NCBI RefSeq assembly: GCF_001194135.2 | Contig: NC_068987.1 | Span: 18,188,798-18,252,797 of the forward strand | Direction: 5' to 3' | Source of the DNA: Octopus bimaculoides | Taxonomy: Eukaryota | Length of the DNA stretch: 64,000 bases | Shown: positions 24,790 to 36,719 of the stretch, piece after piece | Layout of the letters: every line of letters begins with the position of its first letter | Position numbering within the stretch: position 1 is the first letter of the stretch | Made by a program: the position numbers and the translations under genes | Notes under the pieces: model-generated | Database searches by the model: none | Told to the model about the DNA's origin: nothing | What the model saw: the letters and a program-made list of their open reading frames with translations, nothing else

Positions 24790-25064
24790 TTTATCTGTCT
24801 CTTTTGCCGAACTGCTAGGTTACGGGGACGTAAACACACCACCATCGATGTTGGGGGGGGACAAACAGACATACAAACATATTCACACACATGCATATAT
24901 ATGATGGGCTTCTTTCAGTTTCTGTCTTACAAATCCACTCACAAGGCTTTGGTCGGCCCGAGGCTATAGTAGAAGACACTTGCCCAAGGTGCCACGCAGT
25001 GGGAATGAACCCAGAACCATGTGGTTGGTAAGCAAGCTACTTACCACACAGCCACTCCTGCGCC
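24790..25064 (-). mobile_element. SINE family A copy, 3' part in the gap
   Basis: Reverse complement of the GGCGCAGGAGTGGCTGTGTGGTAAG head. Confidence 0.85.
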
Positions 25065-26380
25065 TATATATATATATTTTTTTTTTAAGAGTAAAGCAGT
25101 TAAGAATAACTCTTTTGTTACCCTATTTCTATTAAAATATACTGCTGAGAGGCAAGAGTATGATAGAGGGGTAGGAAGAGGCGTCTTGCTGTAGAGGAAA
25201 ATATGTGACTTCCTCAGCTGGAAGAAGAGAAATGTTGGGAAAGCGATGTCAGGACAAACCCTCAAGGTACAAGAGGGAGAATGCAAGTGAAAAAGGGACA
25301 GAGGAACAAGTGAGTGGGGATTGGGGCAGAGGATCAGGTAAGTACACAAGAGTGTAATATGAGCAGATGTGGTTGTGTTGATAAGTTGTTTGGTATGCTC
25401 TACTTCTTTCTTTCTTTCTTTGTTATGTTCTTATGGATGAGATAAATTTTTACAAATTTGGACTCAGGCATTTTTGCTTTCAAAGCAACCAAGCAAATGA
25501 TTTTACACCTGAATGCTTTCATCCCTTTCAAACAATTAATTGCTCAACTATAAAACATAACCATACAATTTGTTGTCAACCACGTAAGCTGTTTTAATGC
25601 CTCGACCCAGAGTAAAACTAAACAGAGGAAAAATAACTAGAGTACTGTATTTGACGGGCTGTACAGTTCACAGTGAAAACACATGGCTCAGGAGTTAGCA
25701 CGTCAGACTCACAATCAAGAGGCAGTAAGTTCAATTCCTGGACCAGGCTGTATGTTGTATTCTTGAGCAAGATACTTTATTTTATGTTGCTCCAGTTCAC
25801 TCAGCTGTAGAAATGCCAAGCTGTATCAGCCCTTGTTTTTCCCTCAGATAACATCGGTGGCATGGAGAGGAGAGCTGGTATGCATGAGTGACTGCTGGTC
25901 TTCCATAAACAACCTTGTTCAGACTTGTGCCTCAGAGGGGAACTTTCTAGGTACAAACCCATGGTCATTCATGTGTGAAGGTGGTCTTTATGTTTTACCC
26001 TTTACAGTTCATCATCATTCATCATTTAACGTCCGCTTTCCATGCTAGCATGGGTTGGACGATTTGAATGGGGACTGGTGAACCAGATGGCTACAACCAG
26101 ACTCCAATCTGATCTGGCAGAGTTTCTACAGCTGGATGCCCTTCCTAACGCCAACCACTCCAAGAGTGTAGCGGGTGCTTTTTATGTACCACCGGCACAA
26201 GGGCATAAACTTATAAGGCACACCTCAATTTTGGCAGGCCCATTCTCAAACCACCACTTGCCAATAACCTAAACCCAAAACCCTTTGTCACCTAAAAACA
26301 TATACAGTTCACCCAACAGGTTACCATATTGAGGTTTTTCTTTTTTTTTTTTTTTTTTTTTTTTTTTGTAATTTGCTTAC

Positions 26381-26480
26381 CTTTGAGATAAAATAGCGAT
26401 ATTCATTGTTTCCAAAAGATCTTTTAACAAACAGTCCAGTTAGATAACCTGCTATGCCTTTGGTGAGCCAAGCATCAGTC
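26381..26480 (-). CDS. TAF2: TAF2 exon 11 (TDAWLTKGIAGYLTGLFVKRSFGNNEYRYFISK)
   Basis: ggcAG / GTAAGC; FGxNEYR motif. Confidence 0.95.
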
Positions 26481-27724
26481 CTGCCAATTAAAAAAAAGAA
26501 AAGACCATTTAACGACGCAACTGTCATCATCATTGTTTTAATGTCCACTTTCCCATGCTAGCATGGGTTGGACAGAGTTTGAGAAAGATTTTCTACAACC
26601 AAGATACCTTTCTTGCTGTTAACCCTTACTTGTTTTCAAGCAAAGTAATATCACCAAATGACTACACATATTTTCACAGAATACTAGAAATCAATGACAC
26701 ATCATCATCATCATTTACAACAAATGTGTGATGTCAATGAATGTCACTGATTTCCAGTATTCTGCAAAAAACATGCATTCCACTACAGCAAGACACCTGT
26801 TTCTACCTCTCTGTCACACTCTAACCTTTCATCATCTGACACAAGATCACCTCTTCCAATGCTCCCTCTCGTCTCAAAGATTCTTCGTCTTGCAAGTTGA
26901 TTGGTAGCCCTGCCAGTGCTGGTGCCACGTGAAAAGCATCCCATCTACACTGTAAAGTGACTGGCATTTGGAAGGGCATCCAGATGTAAAAAAACCATGC
27001 CAAAACTGACCTCGCATTTGCTGGTGCAACATAAAAAGCACAGTCCACTCTGTAGTGTGGTTAGTGTTAGGAAGGGCATCCATGCCAAAACAGACACAGA
27101 AGTCTGGTGCAGTCCTCTGCCTGGCCAGCTCCTGTAAAACTGTCCAACCCATGCCAGCTTGGAAGGTGGACGTTAAATGATGATGATGATAATGATGATA
27201 TATATGATGGGCTTCTTTCAGTTTCCATCTCACAAATTCACTCAAGGTTTTGTTGGACCAACACTATAGTAGAAGACAACTTTCCCAAGGTGCCACTCAG
27301 TAGAACCAGACTATGTGATTGGAAAATAAATTCCTCAACCACACAGCCACACTTGCACCCATTATTCATATTTTGTTATTTATTTTCTAAATGGTTTTAC
27401 ATGTCAGCAGATGATTCTGCAATATGATTATACCAAATGAACAGCTTTTTCTACAAGGAAAATGGGGGAAAGTTTTGGGGGCTTTTTTTTTTTCCAGAGG
27501 GAGAGAAGTACCTGTGATCATTCTACAGAGTTTCCAAGTCTGGTAGAAAATAGGAAAGCTCTTAATATCATCATACCAAAGACCCAGTCCAAATACTCAC
27601 AACAGAGAGAACTCCATTAAAAGCACAGAAGCCTGGATGGGGCTGATAAACCAGGTAACAATTAGAATAGATATGTAAAGGCAAGTATCTTGTTTAAGGG
27701 ACACAGTTCAATAGCTTCTATTAA

Positions 27725-28013
27725 CCCATTACCTAACAGTGATCTCATACGAGATCACTTAAAAATTACAAATTTCGTAATTATCTGTCAATATTTACAC
27801 ATATCTAACCTTTTTGCTATATCTACTAGGTATATTTCTCTGATATTCAAATGAGGTTTGTTAATTTTTCACCCAATATCTCACTTATTTCTATTTAAAA
27901 TGTTATTTTGAAATGTTATTTTGATCATTCCAGTGTGTTTCTAAGGCTGTTTTATGCTAGAAATCAAAGTTTCATAAAAAATTCCAGTTAATAGAATTAT
28001 GGGAGGTAATGGG
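27725..28013. mobile_element. piggyBac-type MITE, separate family
   Basis: TTAA-CCCATTACCT ... AGGTAATGGG-TTAA: perfect 10-bp TIR and TTAA TSD. Confidence 0.8.
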
Positions 28014-28043
28014 TTAAGAATGCATGTGTGTGTATGTGCATAA

Positions 28044-28083
<40 letters not shown>

Positions 28084-28476
28084 ATAAAAAAAGAGGAAAA
28101 GATAAATCATTTGTCTCAAATTTTGCCAGAGGACTGGCAGTTTTGAGGGAGGGGATAAGTTGATTACATCAACTCTAGTGGTCTACTGATATTTATTTTA
28201 CCAACCTCAAAAGAATGAAAAGCAAAGTTGACCTCAGTGGAATTTGAACCCAGAGCGTAAAGACAGACAAAATTAGACTAAGCATCTTGCCATGCAAAGA
28301 TTGTGCAGCTCACCGCCTTAAGAGAAAGGGATTAATTATGAAAACAACTAAAATATGCAGGTTATTTCAAAACATAAAAAAATAAATAAAAAAACACAAA
28401 CGGTAGTGGGGAAGAAATTCAATGTAAAGGCAGAAGCACAGAACCAGCAGAAACGGGAATAAAAATTCCTACTTAC

Positions 28477-28590
28477 CATGATTGCATAGTTATGAAGTTA
28501 CCGAAGAACTGTTGTGCCACAGCAAATGCCATGAGGTGACGAGATATCAGAGTTTGGTCAATGACACGAGAGGAATGGAGAAGTGATGTA
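28477..28590 (-). CDS. TAF2: TAF2 exon 10 (TSLLHSSRVIDQT...AVAQQFFGNFITMQS)
   Basis: tttcAG / GTAAGT; contains AQQFFG, the degenerate counterpart of the M1 aminopeptidase HExxH helix (non-catalytic in TAF2). Confidence 0.96.
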
Positions 28591-28926
28591 CTGAAAACAG
28601 ATGAGGATTCCATAATCATTGTCATGCACTCAGAAATGCAAAATGTGGATTGTCGGAAAGAAAAATACATACAAAAAAAAATAATAAAAACACAAACAAA
28701 AAGACCAGTTTCCACTCTCAAACAGGATTCTTCACTCACGTCTGTAATGTCGCTATTTTGAAAAAGTCTGTTGTGTTAGGTGCAGGTGTGGCTGTGTGGT
28801 CAGCAGCTTGCTTCCCAACCTCATGGTTCCAGGTTCAGTCCTACCGCATGGTACCTTGGACAAATGTCTTCTACTATAGCCCTAGGCCAACAAAGCCTTG
28901 TGAGAGGATTTAGTAACCAGAAACTC

Positions 28927-28968
<42 letters not shown>

Positions 28969-29902
28969 TGTCTTTGCGTTGGTTCCCTACAAACACTAAC
29001 AATCAGTGTTGGTTTGCTAACGTCCTTGCAACTAAGCAGATCGGCAAATGAAACCGATAGAATAAGTACGAAGCTTAAAATGAATAAATGGATAAATCCT
29101 GGGGTCGATTCGTTTCACTAAAACCATTCAAAGCAATGCTACAGCATGACCAGTTATGATTGAAAGAAATAACAAGCAAAAGATAAAAGACAAACTGATT
29201 TTCATGGAGTTATCTCCCTTGCTTCCTGCTGATTTTTTNNNNNNNNNNTTTGCGTTGGTTCCCTACAAACACTAACAATCAGTGTTGGTTTGCTAACGTC
29301 CTTGCAACTAAGCAGATCGGCAAATGAAACCGATAGAATAAGTACGAAGCTTAAAATGAATAAATGGATAAATCCTGGGGTCGATTCGTTTCACTAAAAC
29401 CATTCAAAGCAATGCTACAGCATGACCAGTTATGATTGAAAGAAATAACAAGCAAAAGATAAAAGACAAACTGATTTTCATGGAGTTATCTCCCTTGCTT
29501 CCTGCTGATTTTTTTTTTTTTTTAAATTCACAGAGAACTTTTGTCTATACACACATACACATAATAGCAAAAATGGGCTGAGGTTCACCACAGCTGTTTC
29601 AGACGCGTTTTTTGATTGATGAACAAATCAATTACATCGTGAAAAGACAATAAGAATATTGATCTGTTCATGTACATGAAAAGTAAATCCTTATATTCAC
29701 ACGCTGATATATGACTTATGTTGGACCCCTTATTCACATAATCACCAAACTTGGAGCTTAACTGTGGTCTACAATAGCACTTACTCAGCATTACCTGAAA
29801 CCTCTGGGTCTAATTGACACCACTATCGCTCATAACCTATATATATATATATATATATATNNNNNNNNNNNNNNNNNNNNNNNNNNNNNNNNNNNNNNNN
29901 NN

Positions 29903-29942
<40 letters not shown>

Positions 29943-30095
29943 GTGCATGAGTGTACATCAGTTGGCTAATGATGATGATGATGGAATGATGATGGTCATG
30001 TGTGGAACACCTTTGACGGTAAGTCTTTGATTTAATCAAGTCTGACACGGTGCTAAACAATAGCACCTGCAACAACAACAACAACGACAACTTAC

Positions 30096-30214
30096 CTAAA
30101 TATTGTCATGGTGGCATAAGGACAGCATTCCATAAAAGATTCATCCACAAAGACTTGTTTGTAGCATGAATATGGGAATCTACTAGACATCAATTCTTCA
30201 AAAAATTCAAAAGC
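30096..30214 (-). CDS. TAF2: TAF2 exon 9 (AFEFFEELMSSRFPYSCYKQVFVDE...MTIF)
   Basis: cacAG / GTAAGT; within ORF 30092-30277. Confidence 0.96.
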
Positions 30215-30859
30215 CTGTGAAGAAAATAAATGGTCTATAATCAGGTTTGTAATTATGACCCACCCTAACTTACCCACCTGCCTGTTCTGATTTTCTGTAA
30301 CTATTCTCTCTTCTACTTATCTTATAAATCATCGCTGCCTTTTTTCTCTCAACATCTTTGCAGTTACTCCCTCCCTTTCTTATATAAAGCAGGATGGCCA
30401 TGTATCACTTCTACAGCAAGACACCTATTTCAGTTGTCTTATATTTTAGCCTCTCAACATTTAGCTTAAAGCTATCTCCCTGTATACTATGCTCCCACTC
30501 AATTAAGTGGGGTATCTTTTAGCTAGCAATTCGCTAGTGCCAGTGTCATGAGAAATAAGTACACCCGTCACCTCTCTGTGAAGTGGTTGGTGCTAGGAAG
30601 GGTATCCATCCACAGAAGCCATGCCCAAGTAGAGAGTGAAGCACTAGGCTAACAAAGAATAAGTCCTGGGGTCGATTTGTTCGACTGAAGGCAGTCCTCC
30701 AGCATGGTCGCAGTCAAATGACTGAAACAAGTAAAAGAGAACAGGAAGTTTGCATCATAGACCCAAAGGTAGTCCCAGACAGGTTGATGCCAAAAGGGTA
30801 AAAGGATAATAAAAAAAAGGATTTTAAGAAAATTAAGAAGAATTATTTAATCAACTTAC

Positions 30860-30962
30860 TTCGTGAATAAAGGCTGTTGTGTTCTTCATAATGGTACGTA
30901 AATGTGGAAGACAAAAGTGGGTAACTTCATGCATATTGGGATCAACTAGAATTTCAAAAGGT
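30860..30962 (-). CDS. TAF2: TAF2 exon 8 (PFEILVDPNMHEVTHFCLP...FIHE)
   Basis: tttcAG / GTAAGT; near-identical to human PFEILVDPYMHEVTHFCLP. Confidence 0.96.
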
Positions 30963-31780
30963 CTGAAATAAGAGAAATTATTTGGGGGGGTCTTTAAAAA
31001 AATTATCAACAACATTAAAATGAAAGAAATTATGAAAAGGACAACTTAGAAAATTTTTCACAGTAAAGTTTCCATCTTGAAATAGTTAACTCTTCAGTCA
31101 TTTGACTGCGGCCATGCTAGAGCACCGCCTTTTAGTTGAGCAAATCAACCCCAGGACTTATTCTCTGGAAGCCTAGTACTTATTCTATCGGTCTCTTTTG
31201 CCAAACCGCTAAGTTACGGGGGACGTAAACACACCACCATCGGTTGTCAAGCAATGTTGGTGGGGGACAAACACCGACACACAAACACATACACATACAT
31301 ACATACTAAGGTACTTGAATTGGTTAACAAATTACAAAATCTCACCACTAACATGGTAGTCTTTCAAAGAGTGAGACGCCAGCAGGTAAACCTGTGATGT
31401 GTACATGCCATAACCTTCAACAGTTGCTTGGACATTAGTGACAGTCTTACTTTTTTCCATTTCCCATGGACCATCAAGCAATGAGAGATTTCCACCCATC
31501 ATAGTTACAAGACCTATGATGAGTCTATTCCCAGGCCAGGCCCGTAGTACTCAACCAAATCTTGACCAGACATTGATGAAGTGGCCAGCATTTATTTCAC
31601 AAGAAGTGTACCTCTTCCAGCTGAATAATTGAGTAAAAGACTCAAGAATAGGGTAGGAATGCTTAAAGGTTTACAAATGAAATAAACAAGATAGAGATGC
31701 CAAGAATCATGCAGTTAAATGTTGAAATCTCACCAGTAGATAACACAGAAAATAAAAAAGAAAAGCATCTAACCACTTAC

Positions 31781-31975
31781 CCTATGGCCAGGGCTATATT
31801 TGGGGCAGAGGTAGGTGTTGACAAGAAATAATGAAAAGTTTTGTTCTTGCGATCACTTGTAGCCACAATTTCTATTAAGTCTCCGCAAGACACGGCAGTT
31901 AGAAGGCGATCAACAGTGAATTCCAGTTTCCAAGTGCATGGTTCACTATAGCTATCAATGCAGGGGAACCACAAT
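31781..31975 (-). CDS. TAF2: TAF2 exon 7 ([22 protein letters not shown]...NIALAI)
   Basis: Overlaps ORF 31777-31974; ttttAG / GTAAGT. Confidence 0.96.
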
Positions 31976-32534
31976 CTAAAAAAAAGAAAATGGCAGACGA
32001 CATTAAAATATTAGCAGGTTGTCAAGGGACACAAAAACAATTTCTAAAATTGGAATTAAACTAAGGGTATATATAATTATAGGTGTGGGAATGGCTGTGT
32101 GGTTAAAAAACTTGCTTCTCAAACACATGGTTTCAGGTTCAATTATGCTGTGTAGAACCTTCGGCAAAACACACCAATATCCTAGACTGGATCCTAAAAA
32201 AGGTCATGCATGTAATCACACACTAACACAATCCAAACACTGACCCACAAACGTCCTGACACTTCTCTCTCTCTCTCTGTTTTTCTACGACTACTATAAT
32301 GACCACAATCCCTCAAAGGCAGTTGGTCTTGTGCTATCTCTACTCAGGTATTCCCAACTCACTCATCTCTCTATTCACTACTATTTTTAACATGTTAAAA
32401 GACCATATATAGACATTCCTCATTACTTTGTTAAGTGTAGACATAGAATAAATGTAACCTATATCTCTGCAAGACATAGGTCACATCTTTTACCAATGAA
32501 TGTTTCCCCCCTTTACATTTTAAATTTTTTGCTA

Positions 32535-32565
<31 letters not shown>

Positions 32566-33141
32566 ATATATATATATATATATACGCACATACATATATA
32601 TCATCATCACCATCACCATCATTTAGCGTCTGATTTCCGTGCTGGCATGGGTTAGACGGTTTGACTGAAACTAGTAAGTTGAAGAGTTGCACCAGGTTCC
32701 ATTCTGATTTGACATGGTTTGTACAGCTGGATGCCCTTCCTAATGCCAACCACCCCAAGAGTGTAGTGGGTGCCAGTTACGTGACACTGGCATCAGCCAC
32801 AACTACAACTTCGCTTGGCTTGACATGTCTTCTCAAGCATGGCATAACACCAAAGATATGCATATCACCAAAGGTCTTGGCCACTTGTAGGTCATGAGAA
32901 GCATGATGCAAATGTGTTGTTTGATTTTTTGTCTTCATTTCAGTTTTCTACATAATATATTATTAAATCAATTAGACTTTTTCCAAAACACACAAGAATA
33001 CAACAAAATAGGTACTACCACCCATGATGCCAAATATAGACTTAAATTGGTACCATCATCAACAAGCACTAATGCTAACAAGATGTTTACTATTGCATAC
33101 ACAGAACACACACAAAAGAAAGACAGAGAAATTAAATTCAC

Positions 33142-33283
33142 CTTGAAGAATTCTCAGTACCATATGTAAACATGTGAGCTGCTTTTTCACCCAAATTTCC
33201 TTCCATATCTGGAACCACAAAATGGATACCAGCATCTGGTTTTTCTATGGAAAATTCTATACAAATTCGAATAGGTTTCAGCT
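33142..33283 (-). CDS. TAF2: TAF2 exon 6 ([24 protein letters not shown]...[12 protein letters not shown])
   Basis: ttttcAG / GTGAAT; 142 nt; phases match neighbours. Confidence 0.93.
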
Positions 33284-33827
33284 CTGAAAAAAGAATAAAG
33301 CAAAACAATCACAAATATAGAAACTAGAACGTTAGTTATCATATGACAGGTAACTTTAGAAGTATACTTTTGGTTGGCATTAGGAAGAGCATCCAGCTGT
33401 AAAAACCAATCTAAAATCAGATGAGCCTGGTACAGCTTTCCGGCTTGCCAGTTCCAGTCAAACTGTCTAACCCATGGCAGCATGGAAAATGGACACTAAA
33501 TGAAATAATGAAGAAAGTGAGAGATAAATAAATGAAAGGAGTTTTGCCTACAAAATTTTTCTCACAAAGTTTTTGCCAATCCAAAGCTATGGTATAAATA
33601 AAAAAAAAATATTGCTCAAGGGGTCACAGTGGGATTGAACCTGAAATCATGTAGTCATGAACCCATGAAACAAACTTCATAATCTCACAATCATTCCTGT
33701 TACCATGTCTGTTGTCTTAAGATTTAAGTCAATCAAGGTGATGATGATGATGTGGTATGGTGATAGCATAGTAGAAGTGGAAACAAAAACAAAGTGACTG
33801 AAACTTTGTTACACTCTCATTACTAAC

Positions 33828-33946
33828 CTTGGACTAAATTCAGAGCTTCTGGTGGCAACTTGATAAGTACTTCACCATTTCCTGTGTCTGGGTCAATGGA
33901 ATTCATCACAGACAAATGGTATCGTTGGAAAAATTCCAAATTTCTT
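33828..33946 (-). CDS. TAF2: TAF2 exon 5 (RNLEFFQRYHLSVMNSIDPDTGNGEVLIKLPPEALNLVQ)
   Basis: tttcAG / GTTAGT; DPDxGNGE motif; 119 nt. Confidence 0.93.
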
Positions 33947-34279
33947 CTGAAACAGAGCAGATATTTTTTTACAATAATATTTACAATATTTAAAATTTAC
34001 AATAACATCATAAAATATTTAATTCATAATTAATTCAGATTTAATTCATTGTCCATTCTGCTGGGTGGTTGGTGGTTGGTGTTAGGAGGGGTACCCAGCC
34101 ATGAAAATCATGCCAAAACAGACACAGAAGTCTGGTGCAAGTCTTCTACCTGGCCAGCTGCTGTCAAACCATCCAACTCATGCCAGCATGGAAGGCAGAC
34201 TTTAAACAATGACGATGATGATGACTGATGATTTATCAAAGACAACCTTCAAGCAGCATTGCAACACAAGTGTTAGACT

Positions 34280-34475
34280 GACAACCATTAGGAAAGAGGA
34301 GAGTTGGATGACTTAGGAAGGCCTGGGAAGCATGTGTGGAGGATGAGGCAGAAGCAATCAGTCTCTCTTGATCTGACATCAAGGAGTAAGTCCAAGATCA
34401 TGTCCACTGGCAAGAAGAAGTGGTGGTGGCCCTATGCTCCTTACAGAGTAATGTGGACTAACTTAACTTAAAGTT
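34280..34475 (+). mobile_element. RTE-like LINE 3' end remnant
   Basis: Degenerate GRP.K.W...VEDEA..QD...W-like frame followed by GGCCCTATGCTCC and a short (TAACT)n-like tail, typical of RTE 3' termini. Confidence 0.5.
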
Positions 34476-34630
34476 AACTCATAAGTCATGAATATAAACA
34501 CAAAAATGAAGCTACTTGGAAAAACCGTAGTTGTGTTTCTATAAAGTAGTTGGTGTCAGANNNNNNNNNNNNNNNNNNNNNNNNNNNNNNNNNNNNNNNN
34601 NNNNNNNNNNNNNNNNNNNNNNNNNNNNNN

Positions 34631-34823
34631 TGCCAGAAGAAATGTTTAGCAGTATTTCGTCTGCCGCTACGTTCTAAGTTCAAATTCCACCGAGGTTGAC
34701 TTTGCCTTTCATCCTTTCGGGGTCGTTTAAATAAGTACCAGTTACGCACTGAGGTCGATATAATCGACTTAATCCCTTTGTCTGTCTCCTGTGTGTGTAG
34801 CCCCTTGTCGCCAGTAAAGAAAT
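34631..34823 (+). mobile_element. SINE family C copy abutting a gap
   Basis: Same core, with an AAAGAAATAAG tail. Confidence 0.82.
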
Positions 34824-35099
34824 AAGAAGTGGTGGTGGCCCTATGCTCCTTACAGAGTAATGTGGACTAACTTAACTTAAAGTTAACTCATAAGTCATGA
34901 ATATAAACACAAAAATGAAGCTACTTGGAAAAACCGTAGTTGTGTTTCTATAAAGTAGTTGGTGTCAGAAAGGGCATGTCAGCTGTAGAAATCATGCTAA
35001 AGCAGAAATAGGGCTTGATGCAATGCTCTAGCTCATTAGATCCAGTAAAACTGGACAACCCATGAAAGATGGACATCAAATGATGATGATGATGATTAT

Positions 35100-35430
35100 G
35101 ATAATAGTTGATAGCTTTTGTTAGCCAGGTGACCTAATCAACAGTGGAAGAGTGTTTTAAAGGCATCGTAGCCAGAATTAGAAAAGGATGGAAAAAGTTC
35201 AGAGACCTGTTACTACTTCAGCTGACAACAATGCAATTTTCTTTCCAAGTGAAAAGTAGATTGTATGACGCTTGTGCACTAACTGTAATGCTGCATGATA
35301 GTGAGATGTGGACAGTGTATGCAAAGGATGTGCAATGACTGGAGATAAATGAAGCAAGCATGCTCCACTGCTCATGTAATGCTAGCGAGCATTACTAACA
35401 AAGCACAGATGAGCTGAGAAAAAAACCTGT
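35100..35430 (+). mobile_element. RTE-clade LINE remnant (post-RT region)
   Basis: Translation ARIRKGWKKFRDLL..RLYDACALTVMLHDSEMW..NEASML resembles the RTE ORF2 C-terminal region; contains a stop. Confidence 0.7.
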
Positions 35431-36628
35431 CAGCTCACTGCCTTTAATGATAATAAAATAGCTTCTAATCTTGGCACAAGACCATCAATTGTAAGGAGAA
35501 GGAGAAGGCGTTAGTTGATATTGCCAACCACAGTATTTGACTGGCTCTTTATTTTATAAACCCTGGATAAATGAAAGGCAAAGATGACCGTGGCAGAATT
35601 TGAACTCAGAACACAGAGTCAGAATAGATAATACCATAATGCATATTTTTTGATGCTCTGACAAATTCTGTCTTTCAAGATAATAAAATAAAGTTTAGAA
35701 ATAATACATTTCTAAATCTCTCAGAGAGATTTATGCAGTAGTGATACGATGAAGTAGTTATATGCTCTCAACTTAATGTGACAGTCCCCTGAAGAGAATA
35801 ATACTACTGTTGGTTAGACCTAGGAAGCTGCACCGCTTCCTGTTGGCCATGACACATTTCNNNNNNNNNNNNNNNNNNNNNNNNNNNNNNNNNNNNNNNN
35901 NNNNNNNNNNNNNNNNNNNNNNNNNNNNNNNNNNNNNNNNNNNNNNNNNNNNNNNNNNNNNNNNNNNNNNNNNNNNNNNNNNNNNNNNNNNNNNNNNNNN
36001 NNNNNNNNNNNNNNNNNNNNNNNNNNNNNNNNNNNNNNNNNNNNNNNNNNNNNNNNNNNNNNNNNNNNNNNNNNNNNNNNNNNNNNNNNNNNNNNNNNNN
36101 NNNNNNNNNNNNNNNNNNNNNNNNNNNNNNNNNNNNNNNNNNNNNNNNNNNNNNNNNNNNNNNNNNNNNAGGTATGAAATGCAGAGCTAACCTAAGCAGG
36201 ATTTGTACTCAGAATGTAAAGATGTAGAAAAAATATTGATTTCAAATTTTGGCACAAGGCTAGCAATTTCAGGGGAGGGGTTAGGTTGATTACATCGAGC
36301 CCAGTGCTCAACTGGTACTTACTTTGTTGACCCTGGCGAAAGGATGAAAGGCAAAGTCAACCTCAGCAGAATTTGAACTCAGAATGTAAAGACGGACTAA
36401 ATGCCACTAAACATTTTGCCTGGCGTGCTAACGATTCTGCCAGCTCGCCACCCACATAGAATCAATATTGCGAGACATTTTTCCCAATACTCTAACAAGT
36501 TCTGCCAAGTTGCTGCTTTTGAAGAGAATAAAACAATGAAACAACAAATCAATTTTAACCAAAATAAAAATTTGTCTGGAAAAGTGAGTGTTAAAACAAT
36601 GATGATGAAGATGATGATAATGACTTAC

Positions 36629-36719
36629 TGTTTGATGTCACCTTGACATATCTCCAATGTTGGGTCATTATAAAAGAATGTAGCATCCCACTGCTCATCA
36701 ATGCAGATACGATAGATTT
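36629..36719 (-). CDS. TAF2: TAF2 exon 4 (IYRICIDEQWDATFFYNDPTLEICQGDIK)
   Basis: acacAG acceptor, GTAAGT donor; YNDPTLE motif. Confidence 0.92.

Noticed and set aside
28477-28590. M1 aminopeptidase-like motif as a peptidase gene
   Set aside because: HExxH is degenerate (AVAQQFFG); this is the known non-catalytic fold of TAF2.
28973-29510. About 265-bp exact direct duplication across a 10-N gap
   Set aside because: Identical copies either side of a placeholder gap are typical of unmerged contig overlap; the same pattern occurs at about 53477-53575 and 57068-57120.
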